This document shows, in pieces, positions 27,611-43,241 of a DNA stretch of 64,000 nucleotides. Under the pieces are notes generated by a model. That model was not told the DNA's origin, did not search any database, and worked only from the letters and a program-made list of their open reading frames with translations. Source of the stretch: Eledone cirrhosa (lineage: Eukaryota). Where the stretch lies: positions 292,082,001-292,146,000 of the forward strand of contig OZ024743.1 of NCBI GenBank assembly GCA_964016885.1, given 5' to 3'. Within the stretch, counting starts at the first letter, position 1; each line of letters opens with the position of its first letter. A program made the translations under genes and the position numbers.

Positions 27611-28902
27611 TTTTTAAATTGAAGTGTCTTGCAAACATTTTTTCGAAAATATTTTGGATGTTTTTGCCCTGAGAGGCACGATATTTTGGGAGACTGACCA
27701 GATCAAAATTTGACCTGTCAGTCCCTCTACAAATTGGTATAAAAATAAGGGGACAATACAAAGGGGGAAGTTTACATACAATAAAAACGTGTAAAATATG
27801 TATCTAGATAGATAAATAGATAGGTAGATGCAAAGATAAATAGATACACAGATATATAGATTGATGAGTAAACCATATATCAATACAGTGTTACGCAGCT
27901 TAGTAGCTATTAAAATATAGGTAAACGACTTAAAAATATGTGCTTACCCAAATATATTGAAATACTCGTATACATGTGGGTGTGTCTTTATAAATGTAAT
28001 GTGTCTACATTATTAAATACGCTATACGTGTTTGTTTAAGATGTTTATCTTCAATATGTTTCATAAATACAAGCGAATAGTTTCAGTACTTTCATATATA
28101 CAGTTATTTGTGTGTATTTTTACATTTGATGCGTCTAACACTATACGTGAGTGCACTAAAGATGAAAGTTCTCTTCAATTGCTTGTGTGATTGTGTATTT
28201 CACTGCATATACCCGTGTGTGTGCGTATTTAATGCGTATTTTATTTAAGTATGCAATATATGCATCGAATAAGATGAGTGTGCATGTGATATGGAGGTCT
28301 GCCTGTATGTACTCATGAGTTGTAAGTCGAATTACTTCTATGTAATCATCTGCAATATACATTATGTAGGTATGTCGTTTCTCGGCCATCTTCTGTGTCA
28401 GCGGAAATGCATGACATCTTGGGAAAATGTACTTGGCCATAAACTCTTTACGACACGACACTTATGAATGCAAGTAGGTAAACTGAATATATGAAGAAGT
28501 TTATCATATAGATTTCATCGGGGCGTACTCTATAAAGGTGATTCTGATTCATACTAAATTTAAATAATACATTTTAATTGTTTTTAACGTAAGCAAATTA
28601 CAGATAATTCAGAGATAGCAAGAAGGTAGTAACTCCATTGTTATTATTTCCACAGAAAATAACAAGAGAGTGGTGAAATGGAGATATGTGGAAAACTATA
28701 TGTACAGATTTTGACAGTGGTATGAAAATTAAAAAATTGAAACTAATTCGTTGCTTTATGTAACATACTATGTTATTGAAAAATTCCTTAAAATGCGGAC
28801 TCAGAGAGTATTCGAAATTATATGGAGATTAATTTGGGTTTATAGATTAGGAAATATTCTTGAGCATATGTTTGGTGTTTATTAATGTATATAAGTTATA
28901 AT

Positions 28903-29088
28903 TGTTTCTACTTTTAACACAAGGCCAGCAATTACCCAGTGCTTTACTGGTACTTTATTTTATCGACCCCGTAAGGATGAAAGGCAAAGTAAACATCGGC
29001 GGGATTTGAACTCAGAATGGCAAGGACCGTAACTCTATGCGTCAAAGCATGGCGTCCGACCCTCTATCGATACTGCCAATCCACCGCC
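28903..29088 (-). mobile_element. tRNA-derived SINE with 12-bp target-site duplication
   Basis: B box GAGTTCAAATCC on minus; TSD ATAAGTTATAAT at 28891-28902 and 29089-29100; same family at 40207, 56900, 57085. Confidence 0.85.
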
Positions 29089-29158
29089 ATAAGTTATAAT
29101 AAAGTCATATATGCACCCATTTTTAATTTGCATAGGTATAATAATCATACATTTATTT

Positions 29159-32342
<3,184 letters not shown>

Positions 32343-32430
32343 ATATTTAAATAGAACAGATACACTATACCATTTCCTGTCAGCATGACTTGGCAAGCTA
32401 TTTAGAACACTGGTTTGAGAACTTTACTTC

Positions 32431-32465
32431 CCTCTGAAGAAGAGATATTATCTCGAAAATTTAGG
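32431..32465 (+). ncRNA. Minimal hammerhead in PLE-2 5' pseudo-LTR
   Basis: CCT-CTGAAGA-A-GAGAT-ATT-ATCTC-GAAA-ATT-T-AGG. Confidence 0.65.
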
Positions 32466-32598
32466 ACATTTAAATAAATCTAAGGTAAAAGACTAATTGT
32501 CAACAAAATCTTTTGCATTTGCATTCTTTATTCTATGTCCATACCTGCATTGTTTTGTCTTTATTATACATATACAAACGTTTATACCTCATTACACA

Positions 32599-35178
32599 AT
32601 GCTTCAAGTGAACTATAACCTCCTCCCTTCCTTACGCCTGAGCCAGGCCCAGTTCACAACTGTAAAGAAACTCTTCCAGCTATCTGAAAAGCGCGCCAAA
32701 GCCGGCTGCCAAATAAACTTCCTAAAACGATGCCCGAATAACAACATCATCCCCCAAACTATCAAAAATGTGCACCTACCAACATGCTTCAAATCACCAG
32801 GCCTAAAACGATCACTTAGTTACATACAAAAATTCTGCCTAAGAAAACTCATATAACATCTACACCGCACGCTAGAACAACACATACGGACTATTTCCAG
32901 CCTTGTACCACAACTCGCTGAAACCCCAGAACCTCTTTCAAGAGTCATCTCCGCCACTATAGACAGGTCATACCACCATCGCCGAGACTACGAGAAAATA
33001 CGTCTAACGCAAACATTTCTCAATTCAAGACGGCCAACTGTCTTAACAATATCCCAAATCTAAACACCAACAGAGGCGAACAAGACGGTACCAACACCGA
33101 ACCTAGCGGCGCCCCGACCAACAACACACCTGACGCAAAACACCTCGTCAGAGACTTGACAGGATCCCTCTCCCGAGAGGAATTAGACCTCCTCAGCCTG
33201 GGTCCCAAGTTCATATTGAAACAGAGACTGGACGACAAATTATGGCTCGACATAGAAACGAATTTCTGTCGGGCTGCCTACCAACTAAAATGGATATCCT
33301 CTCTCGGCAACAACACCACGGAATCTATCAAACCCAGATTCCCGATATACCAACTGGATCGCCCACTCTGTCCACCGCCTGCCAACCGCGAGATTGAAGA
33401 AAAACTCTCGAAACTAAAACATTCCGTATTTAACATCTTACGGAAACAGAAGAAGATAGCCCCAAACCTTTCCAGGACACAACAACTCGCCCTGAAGAAC
33501 CTACGGAATAGGGAACTTATATACTTACCATCCGACAAAGGTAAAGAGTTTTGTGTCATCTCTCAAGCCACGTACAATAACCTAGCCTTTGAACACCTAA
33601 GCGACAATGAATTATACACAGAGATCCCGGACATGACTGCAGCCCAGATCGAAAAACAGACCAACTCCACCTGGTTCGATATCTGTAGGAGAAGACAACT
33701 CCTAAATAAAGTTAAGCTCAACTACACCACTAGAAATAGCAGACTGCCCACTTTCTACCACCTCATCAGGACCCACAAGAATAGTACTAAGACGCAAATA
33801 AGACCCACCGTCTCTAGCATAGAAGGACCTTATACAAAATTTCCTGACTCCTCTCCCAGGTCATCAAGCTTCTACTCTCCACCTTTCCCGGGCATGTCGG
33901 TAGCTCCGACGAAGTTATACGTAGACTACACCAACTCCAGCCAGAACAACTTAAACTAAATAAATACGCCTTTAGCCTCGACGTTGTCTCCCTCTACACT
34001 ACAGTCCCCGCTCATCCAGCTGTCGATTTATTGACGGACTGCGTGGTCGCAGAGGACATCCACTGCTAAGGCCTCCACCCGACGGACATACACCAGCTTT
34101 TGTCCTTCACAGTAGACAACACGTACTTCACCTTCAACCACCACACATACAGAGAGACAACAGGATTACCCATGGGATCCAGCCTATCGGGCCTGCTGGC
34201 CATCACCTACATGAACCAGCTAGAAGTCCGATCCCTCAACACCTGCCATTCCCATACCTTCTTTACGCGATATGTAGATGACATACTCATCCTTACATCA
34301 TCCCGTGAGGAGGCAGATAAAATATACACAAGATTCTCCAGCATGGACGCCAGTATAAAGTTCAGCATGGCACACCCCGATGACCGCTGATCCCTATACC
34401 TACTGGACTTCCAACTCAGGGTAACAGAGGAAGGCAACATCTACACCTGCTTCTATAAAAAAAGCCGCCAGCAGGGACCTGTTCGTACATTTCAGATCGG
34501 CCCTCCCACTCAGTGCCAAGTTCGGATACATAAGGAACGAACTGGCACGTATCCGGAACAAATGCACCGACGCTAGAGACCGAGACACACACCACACATT
34601 TCCTGGAAGTACTCAAATTGAACGGATACACGACATCCACCACAAACCGTGCCAGAAAGAACAGAGGACACCACACCCGTGGCACTAACACTTGCTTCCT
34701 GAAGCTCCCACACTTCAGTGAAGAAACAACAAAAGCCATCCGCAGAGCTATCAGACGAGAAAGACTAGATATCCAACTGGCCCACTCAGGTCCTTCTCTA
34801 CGCGGACAGCTAACCAAAAGACACTCCACCAGACATGACAACTGCTGCAGACTAGCCAACTGCCCCATCAGCGATACAGACATATGCCACCAGGCTTACG
34901 TCGTATACAGACTAGAGTGCGACAAATGCAACAACTTCTACGTTGGTAGCACCACCAGACCACTCCACATAAGAATAAAAGAACACCTCAATACTAACGC
35001 TTCTTCATTTAAGAAACACCTAGTTAAATGCAAAAACACCGACAAAACCATAACAGTTAGGATAGAAACTAAGGAAAGAAACCTCGGCAATCTTAGAATT
35101 AAGGAAGCACTAATTATAGATAAAACGCAACCACCAATCAATAATAGACTAGAACTCAACACACAATTTATAACCTGA
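32599..35178 (+). pseudogene. PLE-2 ORF: RT and C-terminal GIY-YIG endonuclease
   Basis: LLSLGPKF, PSDKGK, LPTFYHLIRTHK, LDVVSLYT, GLPMGSSLS, RYVDD, VVYRLECDKCNNFYVGSTTRPLHIRIKEH, IKEA, PINNRLE; stops and frameshifts. Confidence 0.93.
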
Positions 35179-35583
35179 TAGAGCTTCTAGCCCCATATTT
35201 ACAAACACCCCACACACAAACACGCACGCGCGCACACACACACACGCTTACACCTCCACTTATTCTCTCTCACACATACACACACAAAACCAGTTCTAAC
35301 ACCAGATAACACCTATCCCCCACGTTTACGAATAGACATATCTTCTCACACTCACATACACACACTCACATACTTACACCTTCATGCATTCTCCCACACA
35401 CTTAAACAGGCATGTATAAAAAAAAACAAAAAAAAAACAAACAAACCCCTTTTAAAGGGAGACTATTCTTTATCCACCTAATTTTAACTCTTTGATATTA
35501 GAGATAGAACAGATACTCTATACCATTTCCTGTCAGCATGACTTGGCAAGCTATTTAGAACACTGGTTTGAGAGCTTTACTTC

Positions 35584-35618
35584 CCTCTGAAGAAGAGATA
35601 TTATCTCGAAAATTAAGG
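35584..35618 (+). ncRNA. Minimal hammerhead in PLE-2 3' pseudo-LTR
   Basis: Same motif; stem III is the loopless palindrome AATT. Confidence 0.65.
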
Positions 35619-35777
35619 ACATTTAAATAAATCTAAGGTAAAAGACTAATTGTCAACAATATCTTTTGCATTTGCATTCTTTACTCTATGTCCATACCTG
35701 CATTGTTTTGGCTTTATTATACGTATACAAACGTTTTTACCTCATTACACAATGCTTCAAGTGAACTATAACCTCCT

Positions 35778-35829
<52 letters not shown>

Positions 35830-36076
35830 TAAAGAAAACGAAAGATCAGTGATGCATCTGGACTTAATTTATTGCGTGTTACAATTCTTTCGCCGGCAGG
35901 TAGCTCGAGAAATGGTCCCTGTATGGATCTGGCTGATTCTGCGGCTGCTGGTTCTTTCAGACACGGGTATTTCGTTCGGAGCAAATGAATGTACGTAATG
36001 TATATTTAATAATATAATGCATGTTTATTTTAAAAATGTTGAAGACCATTCGCTATGAATGTTAAAGCAGAGGGGA

Positions 36077-36124
36077 GTAATCGACGGACCCCGTTTCTCA
36101 TTTGTTAGTAGTTGTCAAGACTAC
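36077..36124 (-). ncRNA. Type I hammerhead, U3-A8 core variant (copy 1)
   Basis: GTAGTC-TTGACAA-CTACTAACAAATGA-GAAA-CGG-GGT-CCG-TC-GATTAC. Confidence 0.7.
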
Positions 36125-36406
36125 CTACCTCTTCATTTCTTCCGATAGTTAAAGAAGCTGGATTCTTATAGAATTCCAGTTATGTTTATGAGCTGTTTTA
36201 ACTCAGTAACATACAGAGTAGCTGCCGGCCCAGATGAAAATGGAAATAAGTATTGGTGCCCTGAAATAGCGATGTATATATGAATGTAAGTATTGTATAT
36301 TTAATTATATACTGTATGTTTAATTATATACTGTATGTTTATTCGCTATGAATTTTAAAGTAGTGATTAACATCAGATATCTAGTCTCGGCAAAAGCAAA
36401 GGGTCT

Positions 36407-36451
36407 AATCGACGGTCACCGTTTCTCACTGGTAAGTGGTTGTCAAGACTT
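36407..36451 (-). ncRNA. Type I hammerhead, U3-A8 core variant (copy 2)
   Basis: AGTC-TTGACAA-C-CACT-TACC-AGTG-A-GAAA-CGG-TGA-CCG-TC-GATT. Confidence 0.75.
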
Positions 36452-36594
36452 CATACCGCTTCGTTTTTGCCGCGAATTATATAACCTGGATGCTAATAGA
36501 ATTCGAATTGTGTTTATGAGCTATATAAACTCATTAACACATATTTGAGTTGGGCATATCTGTCTGCGCGCATATATATATATATGTATATATA

Positions 36595-36636
<42 letters not shown>

Positions 36637-36645
36637 TATGTAAAC

Positions 36646-36753
<108 letters not shown>

Positions 36754-37165
36754 ATATATGAGTGTTATTGTTTAGAACAAAGATATCTCTGATCGAGCAG
36801 ACATAAGAGTGATGTAGATGTGTCAATATCTCAGGTTGTAAATTATGTGCATTCATCGGCACTCGTGTATTGTTAATTAAATTATTCTCTCTACGTGTGT
36901 ATATTGATAATATATAATATGTGTGTATATTTATAATATATAAATATACACACATAGGGGGACTCCGTGTGCAGAACAGTACCACAGACATCAGCTTATT
37001 GACATACAGCATACAATACATAATCTGCATAAAACTTATTTTTAAAAAGACGCGCAGATCTATTGAAAGTTAAATTACTCGCTCTGCATCACATACTAGT
37101 GTATAAATGATAGAGATATACGTTTTCAGGATAAAATCGACTACTCATGTACATATATATACTTA

Positions 37166-37244
37166 TGTGTGTGTCCCCAAAAAAATGAATACACACTTTA
37201 ACACCAGATAACTCATATAGGTATTTATTTTTGGGACACCCTGT
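37166..37244. mobile_element. Tc1/mariner-type MITE remnant
   Basis: Imperfect TIRs tgtgtccccaaaaaaat / attttttgggacaccctg followed by TA. Confidence 0.5.
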
Positions 37245-37269
37245 ACACGTATATATATATATATATATA

Positions 37270-37342
37270 TTTATTAAAATAACAGATTAAAGTTTAAGCC
37301 AAGAATCGGTGCTTTCTCCCTTGACGGGATCTTCTGAAACTA
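37270..37342 (-). ncRNA. Isolated hammerhead-like module (U4A family) between two (TA)n tracts
   Basis: AGTTT-CAGAAGA-TCCC-GTCAA-GGGA-GAAA-GC...GC-TT-AAACT on minus. Confidence 0.55.
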
Positions 37343-37344
37343 TA

Positions 37345-37377
<33 letters not shown>

Positions 37378-37790
37378 GAATGTATGTATAGTATATTTGG
37401 CAATATATTGTATGTTTAATTAAAAACATTTAGAATACCATTCGCTATGAGTTTTAAAGTAGTGACTATGCCCCTTACTTATTCTCGGCAAAAACAACAG
37501 TGAGCGGCCAACAGACAGTCTATTTCTCATTTGTGAGCATTTATCAAGACCACACAATCAGTTGCCTTTGCAGAGAATTATAGAGGCTGTATTCTTATAG
37601 AATTCCAGTAATAATCAGGAGCTGATTAAACAGAGCGATTGCCGGTCCAGCAAAACTTACGTATTAGTATTGGTGCTCTGAAATAGCGAATGGTCTTCTA
37701 CTTGTTTTTAATTAAACATACAGTATATTGCCAAATATACTATACACACATTCATGTGTACATCACTATTTCAGAGCACCAATACTAATA
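37378..37790 (-). repeat. Third unit of the U3-A8 HHR repeat with inverted terminal segment (37682-37790)
   Basis: Homologous to 35985-36290; HHR at 37504-37553 GTGGTC-TTGATAA-...-GAAA-TAGAC-T-GTCTG-TT-GGCCGC; flanked by (TA)n. Confidence 0.75.
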
Positions 37791-39030
37791 TATATATATA
37801 TATATATATATTGTTGGAAAATGTAGGAATCCAAAATGCAGAGCATAATTGTAACCACAGTCGAATGTCAAATGTCTAGTTTATAAAAATGATTAAAATA
37901 CCCCTCTGCATATTATTTCTGCTAGAACGCAATGTATATTAGAAGATTTAAACTTAATTCTAATTTTTTTTTTTTTAATTAGAAGCCTTAAAGTTAAATA
38001 ACGTTCCTGTTTACATAAATAACATTGAGTCATTACTTTTATGTATTTTGGAGATTATTTCTTCATAAGGTGCTACGTATTCTTACTTGACTGTCGCCAG
38101 AATAATCTTGCTATAGCACAAGTTTATGCATATCAAACATGATGTCAAGTATAGCTGAAATATTCGATAACATTGCTAACTAATTCGGGAAATTCTATGA
38201 TGCAGGACAATCCAGGAGGCCCTCCGAAAAGTAAACATATCTGGAATGACGTAGAAACAACAGTGCATAATAGACTACTTTGGTTGGAGTTTACTAAACG
38301 ATGCGAAGAAAGGCTCAGTAGAATATATTTCAGAATAACTCGACAATGGGATTTAATAATGAGCGGGAGTACGGAGAAGATCCATAAGCTGAACAATTTT
38401 CTCTGAAAATCGCAAAGACTGCATCCCACTTTAGAATGGAACCCCCGTTGGGATGGTTGGCTGCTGCAATGGATCTCGCTATCCAATCTTCGTGGGAATG
38501 TTATCACCATTCTGTCTCAGTGGCACAGTAGAATCGCCACTCAGATTAGGGGGTCTAGATTCTGTCCATCCCTCGCTCACTCCCTTCCCTGCGTTTCTTC
38601 ATTCTATTTCTTTTATTTTTATTTTCCCCCTTCCCATTTTTTGTTTCATTTTTTTTTTGTGAATGAATTACCAATAAATAGGTAGAGCTGTATTATCTAG
38701 TGATGAATTATCCATAATAGATAAAAGCAGATTTCTCTTCACATTAGAATGATATTTTATTCAATGCAAAAATCCTTATTAATGCTGAACAATCATTTTA
38801 AAATCGGATTCAAACGCAAGTTCTCATCAGATGATCTGTGTGAATGTTAGCGTTCAACTAGTCTTCACGGCCATGTAAAATTTAGAGATTTGTACAGGTA
38901 CAATTTTCATATTAAAACACTCTATACATAATAATTTGGCATCGAGTTTGATTTCACTATGTAGAAATTTGAGTGTATTCTAATACGAATTTGGATTAAT
39001 TAAATCAAAACACAACAGAACCCTCTGTGT

Positions 39031-39925
39031 TCAGAGAATGTGAGGAACCTGTGAGACGTGGGATCGGCTGGGACTTGGCCCAGTAGACGTCCCTCCTCCT
39101 TCTCCCCCTGTTGACGTCAAGTCCCCCCAACGCACTTGGGATGCCATCCAGTGCAGCCTGGCCTCACACAAGCTCACGCGCCATATCGACCAGCACCGCC
39201 TTGCTTGTTTTCGTGTGCCCTCCAAACCCCACAGTGGTGCCTGGCTCCATGCCCTGCCCTCCTTCTCCACTGGCACGCAGCTAGACAACCATAGCCTGCG
39301 AATCGGCGTTTCCCTGAGGCTCGGCCTCCGGATCTGCCAGCCACACCAATGTCGCTGCGGTTCCACCGTGGACTCTTTCGGCCTCCAGCCGCTTTCCTGT
39401 CGCCAGAATGCCGGCCGCATTCCACGCCATGCTTCCCTCAACGCGGTCATTAATCATGGCTTGGACGCTGCAGGCTTCCCTTCCCAGCTCGAGCCGGTGG
39501 GGCTGAATCGGGGGGACGGCAAAAGGCCAGATAGCATGACCATCTTCCCGTTCCGCGGTGACAAACCCCTCGTCTGGGATGCCACTTGCATCGATACTTT
39601 CTGCAGCCGCAACCTGGTGCAGTCTGCAACTGACCCAGGTTCTGCTGCACGTCGGGATGAGGGGGCCAAAATCCTCAAATACCGGTCACTCTCCGATAGG
39701 TTTGCGGTCGTACCTCTGGCAGTGGAGACTTCTGGTGTCCTCGTCCCGAGGGCTACATCGATACTCACCACCATAGACGCTGAGCTGACCAGCCGCAGGT
39801 GTGAGCCCCGCGATTTCGAGCGGTTTTTCCAGCGCGTCTCCCTTCCCGTCCACCGGGGAAAGGACTTCTCCATTCTGTCCGCCGGGGTTGTGGGTAGACC
39901 CCATCGCGTAACAATACATTAGTTA
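39031..39925 (+). pseudogene. 5'-truncated CRE-clade non-LTR element: zinc motif and restriction-like endonuclease
   Basis: HSGAWLHALPS, LRLGLRIC.PHQCRCG, GRIPRH..LN, LEPVGL.RGDGKRPD, LVWDATC.DT, KILKY, PLAVETSG. Confidence 0.85.
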
Positions 39926-39991
39926 AATACCATTCTTTCATTTGATATAATAATAACTTGTGAGGAGAATTTGTTCGATGGAAACCGTGCA

Positions 39992-40190
39992 TCTATATAT
40001 ATAAAACTGATGTTGTATGTGTGTGTGTGTATGTGACCTCCTCTTTGCAAAGTCTATACAAATCCACATTTCTTCTCCGATTGACTTCAAATTTGCATTT
40101 ATATATTCCTTGCGGTCTAAAGATATTAACTGCAGCTTTTATTTTTCAATTTTCTGTTAAAGGGGTGTTAGGCGCCGGTTATCCATCTCC
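39992..40190 (+). mobile_element. 5' part of non-autonomous Helitron-like element
   Basis: A|TCTATATATATAAAACTGA start shared with element at 40650, followed by (TG)n and ccgattgacttcaaatttg. Confidence 0.5.
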
Positions 40191-40206
40191 GTCGCGCTCA
40201 TATAAT

Positions 40207-40381
40207 TGTTTCTACTTTAGGCACAAGGCCAGCAATTACCCAGTGCATTACTGGTACTTTATGTTATCGACCTCGTAAGGATGAAAGGCTAAGTCAATCT
40301 CGGCGGGATTTGAACTCAGATCGTAAAGGGACGTAACTATGCTGGAAAGCATGGCGTCCGACTCTCTACCGATACTGCCAA
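40207..40381 (-). mobile_element. tRNA-derived SINE with 15-bp TSD
   Basis: Same family as 28903-29088; TSD TCGCGCTCATATAAT at 40192-40206 and 40382-40396. Confidence 0.85.
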
Positions 40382-40399
40382 TCGCGCTCATATAATATC

Positions 40400-40649
40400 T
40401 GTATGTATGCCTGGCTCTCTTCATTACGACATTCTGACGAACATTGATGACGTATTATGTTCGCTATTGTCCGTTCATTGCCAGGGAACGTCTTCACGAA
40501 CCAAAGTATCGTCTTCCTGTTTTCCTTCGGTTGCAACGTTTTTCGAAATATTTACTTCTGCGTTCACAGATTGATGTTTTTAGTTTCAGAAGATCTCATT
40601 AATGGTGAAAGCAACGATTCTTTGCTTAAACTTTAATCTGTTATTTTAA
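40400..40649 (+). repeat. Dispersed non-coding repeat ending in U4A hammerhead-like fold (40566-40641)
   Basis: Homologous to 46115-46475 and 56176-56555; ACAGATTGA-TGTTTTT-AGTTT-CAGAAGA-...-GAAA-GCAA-CGATTCT-TTGC-TT-AAACT-TTAATCTGT. Confidence 0.75.
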
Positions 40650-40760
40650 TCTATATATTTATATATATAAAACTGAGGAAGGATGTATGTATGTATGTGT
40701 GTGTGAGTGTGTGTGTGTGTGTGTGTGGGTGTTAATGTGTGTGTGTGTGGGGGGGTGTTA

Positions 40761-40832
<72 letters not shown>

Positions 40833-41373
40833 AACCCGAGAAGTACCCAACCGATCTTTTTCAAACTTTACATGTGTATTACTTATATTTCAGGGAGTGT
40901 TATGCACATAAAAATATTCTACTTTTTTATCCTTAGGGCCCGCATTAGGTGAAAAACGCGTTACGTCAGGCCGATTTCCTTGAAATTGTAACTATGTATT
41001 AGTCAGTCTCTTCTTCATACCGGGAGCAAAGAAAATCCAACTGTTTTTATGGTCTAGAGCCAGCATTAGGTGAAAAACTTCATTTTCTTTCTGCTTTTTA
41101 GGGCTTTTTTGAGGCGTTACGTCTAGCCGATTTTTCCCGAAATTTCAAGGCATATTATGCACATAAAAAAAATTCATTATCTTGATCCCCTAGGGCTCGC
41201 ATTAAGTGAAAACATGCCTTCTTCGAGGAAAATCTTAGATTATCCCGCCATCAGAGTATTCGGTTTATTTTCTTTACATATTGTCCAGGCATGCAGTTTT
41301 TCCACGATGAATACTGTTGGCAGTCCGTGTTCCAAAATACATTATCCCGTGCAACGACAGGTACCACTGCTAG
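40650..41373 (+). mobile_element. Non-autonomous Helitron
   Basis: 5' TC after A, internal (TG)n and tandem subrepeats, 3' hairpin CCCGTGCAACGACAGG then CTAG before T. Confidence 0.75.
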
Positions 41374-41743
41374 TCTGATGTATACAATTCGAAAGAAATA
41401 GTAGTGCTTACTTTCCAAGTAGGGGGCATAGGTTACGCATCATTTTTTCGAGCATCAAGTTAGATTGCAGAAATAAACAATAACTGTATACATACACATA
41501 TTAATATATTATATATATATATATATAAAAGTTATTTTATATACATATACACACACCAGACCAGTGAACTCTCCCCATCGGACGGGGAGATCTCCTAACT
41601 ACTTTAGGTTGTGTATATCTTTCATTATGTAAAATCTTCCGAATTTGCCCCATTTCTCCCACTTTCCTCCATAGTACTCCCCGTTAGTCTTTTAAGTGGT
41701 TGGCAGTTCTGACACACACCTTCTGCGTCGATTTGTTTCATTT

Positions 41744-41817
<74 letters not shown>

Positions 41818-41818
41818 T

Positions 41819-41851
<33 letters not shown>

Positions 41852-43187
41852 ATATATGTATGTATAAATACATGTGTGTGTGTGTGTGCTTGTTTTCTAT
41901 GCGTTTATATATATACGCATACATATGTAAAACTATTACAATATTTGTAGATCATTCTCCAGTTGAATTCTGTTATATGCCTGATCGTTACACCAAAAAA
42001 TTCCATTTTATTACCATCACCTTTTTTAAAGGTTCTTTTTGTGTGGGGGGAATATATTTTGCTGCTAGCAACATATGGAGGTAAGAAAGGATGAGTAAAA
42101 TGTCTGTTGTAATTCTAACACGCTTATTGTAGAAGTTCTATTATTATTGATGTTATTGCTTTTGTTAACACGTTGCCAGGTTTATTCTTGAATCTCAAAA
42201 CATAATTTTTACACCTACTTTTCATTTTCTCACGCTATTTAATAAGAAGCATTCTGCCTATATTTTAATATTGTTCGTGCTGAATGTTTTATTAGTTCTT
42301 TCCCTATATTTGATTTAGTTGACTGTATCTTGATATATTCACTTCTTTTTCATTTTTGTTTTATTTTATTTTAATTTACATTCAAGTAATTCTTAGTAAC
42401 TTCCTTTCCTATTATATACGAGTGGATGAGGTGTAGGAATATACATATATATATACATATATACATACATATATATGCATATACATCTCTTTCTTTCTCG
42501 CTCACACCCCTTTCTCTCTCTCTTGCTTTCTAAATATATATATATATATACAGTCACACCATACATGCATACACATACAGTCACTGATATATATATATAT
42601 ATATATATATTATATAGATATACACACACATGTGTACGTATGTGCGCATTTGTGTTTTTATAATTTGTGTTGTATTTAGGTAAATGTTTTTAAATATTTT
42701 AAATATTTTTTCATGAAAATCAATTGAAAGGAATAATGAAATAATCTGAAAAAACATTTATTTCTCATTTTTTATTTATTCAAGCTATGATTTCTATGGA
42801 AATATACCAAAGTTCTATCAGAGTTACGAGCAATCCGTGCAATTCTAAATTAAAAACAAAGGAGAAAACAAAATAATAGAATCTAAAACCACATCGGAAT
42901 TATAATAAAGAGATAAATTAAATATAGTTTCTAATGTACTCACGATAATAAATTTGCACGTAGATTTCTCATAGATTTACGCGTATACAAAAACACTCAT
43001 GTAACGAAGTGGAACACACAGAAACGTCTACTCAACCAATCACACACACAAAACACCAAGACCAATCAGTATATTCTATATACGCGCGTGGCGGCGTATT
43101 TATGCAATAATGCAATCGAAATAGTCATGTACATGTATTAGGAGATTTCTATGAATATACATAGAGATTTAATATAAATACATTCCC

Positions 43188-43240
<53 letters not shown>

Positions 43241-43241
<1 letters not shown>

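Larger units (their letters stand above)
21988..27730 (-). mobile_element. L1/Tx1-clade LINE (Tx1-B), diverged relative of Tx1-A
   Basis: Same ORF1/ORF2 layout; 3' end tttatttgcca..gggcgtacaa..gggaca shared with Tx1-A; abuts (GATA)n. Confidence 0.9.
32352..35779 (+). mobile_element. Penelope-like element PLE-2, right copy with pseudo-LTRs
   Basis: Direct repeats about 32352-32625 and 35503-35779; RT + GIY-YIG; ends in (TA)n. Confidence 0.93.
35985..36545 (-). repeat. Two diverged tandem units (~328 bp period) of a non-coding HHR-bearing repeat
   Basis: Shared blocks attcgctatga, gacgg..cgtttctca, ttgtcaagact, ctgga..tagaatt, tgtttatgagct. Confidence 0.8.

Noticed and set aside
38173-38406. 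77-aa ORF in GC-richer island
   Set aside because: No recognisable motif; probably an old TE remnant, cannot be supported
43030-43100. Two CCAAT boxes plus CG-rich patch as a promoter
   Set aside because: Short motifs expected by chance; no linked exon
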